The notes beneath the pieces are model-generated. The model was given only the letters and a program-made list of their open reading frames with translations. It was not told the DNA's origin and did no database searches. From Styela clava (lineage: Eukaryota): DNA of 64,000 nucleotides. Every line of letters starts with the position of its first letter. Position 1 is the first letter of the stretch. The translations under genes and the position numbers were made by a program. Shown here piece after piece: positions 53,908-64,000 of the stretch. The stretch spans positions 1,426,001 through 1,490,000 of the forward strand of contig NC_135250.1 of NCBI RefSeq assembly GCF_964204865.1, given 5' to 3'.

Positions 53908-55005
53908 GTTGCTCCAATTTAGCCGACGTAGTAACTTTGTTAAATATGTGCTAGTACCCTACTCGATCCACTCTATTCTGTTTATCCAGTTGTGTTATTT
54001 AATAGGGATCCGCCAGAAAAAAAAATTCACGCTCATAGAATAACAGGTAAAATGCGCAAATATTTTGTCGTGACTGTAAAAAATCGGGAATATTTCATCC
54101 GCTACTCGTTCGTTGGTTACCTAATCAAAAGTAAGCTTGCTTCAGTTGAATTCAATAGACCTCAATTAGAGTCTGATATACTGGCGAAATTTTCACTAGT
54201 TTTTAAATAAACACCTACATCAATATTACACGCAAATATATTTACAGTATGAGAAATTGATACAAGGGATGTCAAACAACATTCTACGATAATTTACATT
54301 ACACCATGCATGGCCGTTTATAACAAACGGTTTGTTTTACGTCACTCTCTGCCAGGTGGCAAGTTCTCACGCAGACGAAATTGAAAGAACATAATGACAT
54401 CAGTTATCGTATAATATAAATTAATCACAATGAATGGGATTTCCTCTGCCATAACTATGTTATTAAGTATTTTATACTTTTACTGCGAAGGAATTTTAGA
54501 CTTAAATAGACTATTACGCAATGAGCGTTTCAGTTTTACTGGGTGTCTCGTGGTGGTCCGTTGCGAATTTTGAACTATATGCCTAACATCGTATACGCCA
54601 GCATATTTGGTCCAGAAGACTGAATGTGGGCGAGAAAATTGATCGCGGTCTCAGGATGATGAATAATTCGCTTGTCAGTGTTGGCCTCTTTCACCATATC
54701 ATTGTACCTTAAAACCCATCACCCACCCAGTATGTTTCATCACAAAATTTGCACGCCCGGACGACATGAGTCCACGTTATCACTAGAAATTTATACGTAC
54801 TGGGGCTGCATGTTTGTATATTATGCTACATATAGAATAGGCAGCGGTGGAATCCAGTAGGTTTGCGTGAATCCTTGGAATGTCGTAATGATCAGCAAAC
54901 CCGAAATTGTGCATGGTTTTGTTTTGTTAGTGAGTTCGATATGGAAAAGAACCCGTTCCTAAACTTTTGAAATCCCATCACTCTGTAATCTGAATCATCT
55001 ATTAC

Positions 55006-55452
55006 GGCGGTGTGGCTCATCGTACTAAGCATTAGGAATACGCTCGTCTCTGACTACTCTTGCATGTGTTCGCAGGTTCGAATCCCATACAGAGATAGTT
55101 ATGTGCGAGAGGATTGCTGAACTCCTCGTCGCCGTCGGGTGGGTGACGTGACCGCTGGTCGGTTACGGTTTTCTCCACCATCAAGTACATGCTTCCGGGA
55201 ACAAATAACTGGTTAATTAACCCCGTATCCGGCATGGAAAGGTAGTCATTCAGTACCGGTAGTTTATTTTCCACTTAAATGAGCATACACTTGACAAAAA
55301 CTGTGGAAAAAACATAAAAAAAAGGCATTTTATGATGAAGGGTGGCGTGAAAAAAATTATTGTTGGTTATCAAACAGGTTACCGGACGTGAGGCCGTTAA
55401 TCTGCGTTATCGGCTTTCCTCTCCCCCGGGATTAATATGTAAATCATATCCC
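55006..55452 (+). mobile_element. SINE copy with ~130 bp internal insertion
   Basis: ggcggtgtggctcatcgtactaagcattaggaatacgctcg...ggttcgaatcccat...; the tail resumes at ggttaccggacgtgaggcc...ttcctctcccccgggattaatatgtaaatc. Confidence 0.85.
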
Positions 55453-56177
55453 ATTAAAGATAATTCATCTTGAACTCTACATAGTACAACCAAAAAAATA
55501 GGATGGGAAAGGATTTACATATTTATCCCGGGGGAGAGGAAAGGGATAAGACGGCATAGGACCACAATATTTATACCTATTTGTGGCACTGATTTTGCCA
55601 ATCTTCCGTGTTTTTGTTTTTAGGCTATATGTTTCATTGGGACGCGGGGCACAATTATGGTGCCTGTTATAGAAATTGTGTTTGATCCGAATTATGCTCA
55701 CCATCGGACCTTCGCGTTCTTTGCACGGATTCGCAGGTTTGAGTCACGTCCGGTTACCGGTCCATTTTGGGTATAGGATTAGTTAGGCAGTTACGGTATT
55801 TGTTTCAGATGCACAAGCTTGATGGCGGGGGAAGCTGAAACCGACCGACCAAAGGTCTGCAGGCACGCCACCGGTACCGGTACAGTGCAATACGATTTTT
55901 CAATAATGAACAAAAGTTGGGATAGGCAAAATGTTGCGTTGATTTATTTTTTGATTTGGTTTTACTTTATGTTACCGATAGCGATACCTGTAACCAGTTT
56001 CATTTTTCCAGATGCCAAACATTGCAGATAACTCTATCCCTATCCTGAATGTATTTGATACCGGTACCGGTACCAGTACATTTTGTACGGTACCGGTACC
56101 TCATAATATTGTAATACCGGTACCGGTACTAGCAGACTTATGTTACCGGTACCGGTACTGTATTGTGAGGATAGCCT

Positions 56178-57090
56178 AGGATAGGATTTACACGTTTATC
56201 CCGGGGGAGAAAAAAGTCGATAAGACAGCTTAATCATATGGCGAACCACTGCCTCTCGTCCGATTACCAGGTCAGGTATGGGATTAGTTAGCCAGTTATT
56301 TGTTTTCGGAAGCATGGACTTGATGGTGGAGGAAGCCGTAACCGACCAGCGGTTACCGGTACGTGAACCACCCTATGGCGACGAGGAGTCCAGCAATTCT
56401 CTTGCACATGATCATCCACGCATGGGATTCAAACCTGCGATCCCACGAAGGGTAATCAGAGATGCAGTGGCGAGCGTATTTCTAACGCTTAGCACGATGC
56501 CGATGCGCCACACCCGGTGTCTGGATTTCATGGCCTTTTCGAACGAGAAATCGGGCGTGCAATCAGAAATTCCCGCGTGCAAATAAGAATTTCTGGCGTG
56601 CAATTATAGCTCACGGCGTGCAAAACAACTGCGCCCGCTAAACTGATTTCGACCTAAGATACCTCTCAATACATCCGAGTGTTTGTGCGACTTTAGATAC
56701 CGGTACGGTACTGTTCAGTACATCCGTGTAAAATTATTGTATTAAAAATACGCTGAATCAGAGCCATAACTGGCCAGCGTCGGTGAGGAGGCGATTTTTC
56801 TCACGGGATTCCTATCATTCAACACGATATGGTGATTTTTGCTTCGCATTTTTCGATCAGGCCAAATCTTGCAAGCAAGTATTAGTCGACAATTGTAAAG
56901 TTATAATTTTTTGGCATCTTTATATTACTAGATTATTGATTTAAAAACTATTTAAACCGATTTACATTGGTGAGCAATTGCAAATTTTCGGCGTGCAAAA
57001 TTGAATTCGCTCGCGTGCATTTTTGTGGAGCGCTAGCGCCCTCGGGCGTGCATCTGCCATGGAATCCAGTCTGACGACACCGCCGAGCCA
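56178..57090 (-). mobile_element. SINE (56178-56514, last bases at ~57075-57090) interrupted at its head by a ~560 bp TIR element (~56515-57074)
   Basis: SINE consensus runs to gcgccacacc. The insert has inverted ends ctggatttcatggc...gccatggaatccag and internal cggcgtgcaa repeats. The SINE head resumes acgacaccgccgagcc. Confidence 0.7.
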
Positions 57091-57785
57091 CAGGTCTGAG
57101 CACTTTCTTCACAGATCCTGTTCTTTGATTTGTATGGTGCCAATATTGTTATTACTGTAATATGATTTGATAGGATAGAATTTACATACCAGTATTCATC
57201 CCGAGGAGAGGAAAGACAATAACACTGTTTTTTGCGAGAAAATCAAAATATACTTATATACGGTACACTGCTTAATTAATAATATGTATACCATGGCAGC
57301 ATGGCCTATCGTCCTTTACAAATTTTTCGAAACAGTGCTAATATGAATCAGCTTAGCTTATCATGCTAAGTGTAAGGAGCACTCTTCCTCTAGCACTGAA
57401 TATTTAACAGTTCAAATCCGGTAAGGAATAATTTAATGTGGAAGAATTTTTGGATTCACCCTATTTTATTATCAAGTCCATTCCCCTGAAACAAATAACT
57501 GGTGAACTATCCAATATGTCACCTGGACTGGTACGGTAATCGTAAGGAGATGCCGGTTTGTATACTATAAGTTTAAGCCTGTTGATAGCCTCCGTCTCCC
57601 GGTGATAACTTGAAAATTCATGCTCCATAATTGTATAGCTCACTTTGGTTTAAAAATAATCATTGGCAATACTTATATTATTAATGTCTCGCTTATTTCT
57701 AAGTGATTAGGTGGCCAATCCCATAATACAAAATAAATCAGTAAAACTTTTCTCTCTTTTTGTACAGCGTAGAATATTATATAGG

Positions 57786-59664
57786 ATGACCTTCTACCGA
57801 CCTTTCACCTGCTTTGACCTTTTGAAATTCAACAATGTGAACCTTGATCCTTTGACAGAAACTTACGGACTTTCATTTTATCTTCAATATCTTGCAAAAT
57901 GGCCAGAGTTTTTTACAATTGCAGAATCACCATCTGGAGAAACTATGGGATATATTATGGGAAAGGTTGGAATCATTTGATTATCTGAATTTGTGAAAAA
58001 AGAATTTTCTGATCGCAATAATTTTCAATTTGTTTAATCTAACTCTTTAATCGAAAATCGGGTCAGTTTCGACAATTAAGATACTCAAGTCATTTAACAT
58101 TCAATGATCTTGAATACATCAATGCAAAGTAGTTGAAATAAATGTTGTTTTGATTAATTTTTACAGTGTCAGTAAATGGAGCTTACTTTATGTGAGGATC
58201 ATATCTTGAATTCTCAAATGACCAATTTTGAAATTCTAAAATCAACAAAACACTTTATCGAACATTAACAACTGATGAATTTTTGCCATCCTTGTCTGAT
58301 TATGTGAATAAACTTGATTTCGATAGTTTCAAGTTCAAACATAAAATTCTATGTTTGAAATCATAACTTTCAACATAGGATAGGATTTTTATATTTATCA
58401 TATGTGATAGGAAAACAATAAAATGTCTTAATCATATGGTGGACTCGGGCCTCTTGTCTGGTTACCATTCCATGTCAGGTATGGGAATAGATATGAGGTA
58501 GTTGTTTCTGATTCATGGACTTTATATTCATGTTACTTCCTTCTCAAGGTCGAAGGGCGTCAGCCTGAAGAATGGCATGGTCATGTGACAGCAGTAACCG
58601 TGGCGCCAGAGTACAGGCGTCTCGGACTAGCAGCAGAGTTAATGCGAAGACTGGAGGAAGTTTCAGAGCAGAAACAAGGATATTTCGTGGATCTATTTGT
58701 AAGGAAGTCAAATGAGGTATGATAGAAAGTTTTCACGAAATACAGGTTGTCCATAAACTCCCTTTATAATTTCAATTTTGTTGTTATGTAGTCAGTTCTC
58801 AATATATCTCAATCAGGTTTGTTGTTTCTTAGTCAGTAATTGTAAAGTATTTTCACTTCATTTAATACATCTGTGAGGGCCAGAACAATATATGGTATCG
58901 ATAAATTTCCTTTGCAGATTTAAAAATTCTTAAGACTTTCTGGACACCCTATGTTTCTCAATTTCGCGACAGTTGGCATATCATCGCTATAGCACAAGTT
59001 TGCACATTCGAATCCCGTTTTGTGGTGTGGTTGGGGATAATTATATGTGAGAGGATTGCTGGACTTCTTGTCCATGTAACTGCTGGTCGGTTTCGATTTC
59101 CTCTATAACTGGCGAACTAATTCGATACCCAACATGGAATGGTAACCGGACGAGTGACTGTGGTTTGCCATACGATCAAACTGGCTACCTCTCCCCCTGA
59201 ACGCTTTGTTAAATTGTGACTGTTGATCTTCATTCTATTGAAGTAGTTTGAGATAAAAATGACTCCCAGAAAGGGTTGTTTGCAAATTTAATCCAAATTT
59301 TATGGATTTTTTATAAAAATTGTGCCATTAAAAGAACATTGATTACAGTAAGCTCATGCTTGCTAAATGGAGATATTTGTGTGGTGTCAATTTTTTGTGC
59401 TTTGGCGCTCAGAAATATTACTATATCCATATTTAGAGTGACAGTCCATAGTTCTCATTTAACATTTATTTTATTCAGATTGCTGTTGGGATGTACAAAC
59501 GTCTGGGCTATTCAGTCTATCGAACTGTTATTGGATATTATTCATCACCTGGAGGCGATAGAGATGAAGACGCTTTTGATATGAGAAAAGCACTCAGCCG
59601 TGACATTTTCAAAAAATCAATCATTCCGCTCAAAGAACCTGTTAAACCCGAAGATCTTGAATAA
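57786..59664 (+). CDS. NAA20: N-alpha-acetyltransferase 20 (NatB catalytic subunit), 177 aa
   Basis: Exons 57786-57965, 58549-58716, 59479-59664: MTFYRPFTCFDLLKFNNVNLDPLTETYG..WPE..MGYIMGKVEG..WHGHVTAVTVAPEYRRLGLAAELM..FVDLFVRKSNEIAVGMYKRLGYSVYRTV..EDAFDMRKALSRD. Confidence 0.97.
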
Positions 59665-61721
59665 TAAAGAATCCCAGTCAGAAATAAGTGGAAATTGACC
59701 AAAGCACTTTAGTCTGCCATTGTAATTTTGCTCAGTTATCAATCTTATTTATTACTAAGTTACTTATTTACTCAATTACTTGGAGCAAATTCATCCAAAC
59801 AAAAAACAGAATTTATATCATAGGAACTTTAACTCAATGGTAGATTTTACTTTTTTTGAGAGAAACCTGTTTGGCTTATATTTTATCATGAAGCCCCTTT
59901 ATATTTCTACTCTAACCACCTGCCTTAGCTGTCTAAATGCCTAATCTCTGATGAAATTCAACTATCGTTTTGACGTGTGCATGAAAGCTCGTGAATCTGA
60001 ATCGAATTACTCGTTAACTAAATATATGCCTGACATGGAATGGTAACTGGATGGCAGAATATATAATTAGGCCATTTTATCCGCTTTACTTCCCTCATAG
60101 TTAAATGTGAAATCAGTAATTTATTTCTTCGCCATACTGAAAAAATGAACTATAAATACACAAATTCAAAGAAATTTAAAAAAATCTAACTTCAGAGTGA
60201 AAGGAGATGCCAAAACCAATTCTGAAAGTCCATTCTGTAATGAATTCGTTGTCATTTATTTTTTCAAACCAATTGCTTTGGTTTTGCATTCTACAAATTT
60301 CTTTGCAATCATTCTGTTAATGAGTTTGCTCTGAACACAGGCTTTGTTCAAGCGATAATTCAGAAAGGGTGTCTGCTTGACATTCGGAATGGATGTTTTT
60401 GGATAGTTTATTGAATTTTTTCTTTCTGTGCAAAAAGTTTCACAAGTGGAATGGAATATTTTCAATTTGTGATGTATGAATATTATGAAATAATATTTCA
60501 TCATTTTAGGTAGCCTATGCAATAAGCTACAATCCTGGGTAATTTTAAAGAAAAACAATCAACCAAATATTTCTGATTGGGAGATTGAAGCTTCTTTTTT
60601 ACATATTTTTTTTCATATTAAACCAGATTTTTTTTTATGTGTACTTTCTTGTCATTCCAGAATGATAGCTTCACTTTCACATAGTGTTTTGTAACTGGGG
60701 GGAAGGGGTATAAAAATATCGTAAGTGCCTATTGAGGTTGCAAACATGGTGTGTTTCAAAGCGTATAAAATCTTTCGTAGTACGGGCAGCCTGACAACCA
60801 GATCAGATAAAGTGAGTGAATGAGGATAGTTTTAGGCTCCATTTTTATATTGATTTTCTCACTGACGTGCAATGCATTCTAGTGAGGGCCTGACTTTTAT
60901 CAGTTACGCTTCTAGTCGTAATTTCAGGTCTGTAGATTAAACAGTTCAATGATACAGGTTTGTTTCAGACCACCACCAAGGCAGTTTTTATAACTTTTAT
61001 TTTGATCATAATCAGAATACCAGGCAAAAAAATGGTTGGTATAAGCATATAAAAACTGATATGAAATCTGGTTAATTTTGATTCGACGATCAACGTAATA
61101 TACCGTGAATCAACTGAGGAAAGGCAGTTCGGTATGGAAGAGCACGAAGTTTAAAAAAACACAGAATCTGAATATATATTAAAATAAAAACGTGTTGCCA
61201 ATTAAAAAATTGCTCGAAATATATAGTCTCCGTGGCATTGTAGCTTGGCCGATAGCGTCAACATATTCATATTGAACATGTTTATTTTTTATATATTTCG
61301 TATTTTCTAGCTATGTAACAGATTTACCATAAAAACGATAAGACATTAGTATTTGTCAAAATATTTTGGCAATATTCTTCTACTGCTTTTTAACGTTGTT
61401 TGTCGAAATCGAATCTCTCTCTCTCTCTCTCTTGATAAATATTAGGCCTTCATAAATGTTATAGTATCGTCCAAAATCTACAATTGTTGCAAGCAATTTT
61501 GTGATTCATTACTATTATATAATTTTTAATTATTTCTTTCGTCGTTAACATATTTCAGGATTCACTAAAGCTGTTCTATACCGCTCCTAGTGGTTGTTTC
61601 ACACGTGCGTCACAGTCTGGACCTCAATTTCCTTATTTCTCGTTGTTTATCGTGCACCTGTCTACGTTTCTTAGCCAGTATTGTATTTAATAGATATCTT
61701 TTCTTCGCGTTTTCACAAAAA

Positions 61722-64000
<2,279 letters not shown>

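Overview
AT-rich, intron-containing animal DNA. It is probably from a marine invertebrate; an ascidian is my guess from gene style and the mosaic CpG pattern, and the sequence alone cannot prove it. Hand-spliced gene models, left to right: two tandem paralogous intracellular FN3-repeat genes (minus strand; the complete one is MGCCQS-lipidated + 4xFN3 + UPA-like + RHIM-like tail); SUB1/PC4; an intronless ZFAND2 (AIRAP/AIRAPL-like) with a heat-shock-element-like promoter; two tandem intronless paralogs built from five Mind-bomb SH3 (REP) repeats, a possible dead nucleotidyltransferase-like domain and a short N/V/I-rich tail, with no RING/ankyrin/ZZ; a six-exon trypsin; NAA20; and the 5' part of PRMT1. 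Introns and intergenic DNA hold about 20 copies or fragments of one tRNA-derived SINE, hAT and other 8-bp-TSD non-autonomous DNA elements (some nested inside SINEs), Helentron-associated (HINE/DINE-like) elements, Tc1/mariner and Charlie transposase remnants, and many TA-CCGG-TA-type excision footprints. The best candidate for an undescribed system is the pair of duplicated families (membrane-anchored FN3-UPA-like proteins and Mib-repeat-only proteins), which both end in RHIM/amyloid-like motifs and may form a lineage-specific immune or cell-death signalling module. Domain calls are by eye and need HMM or structure confirmation.
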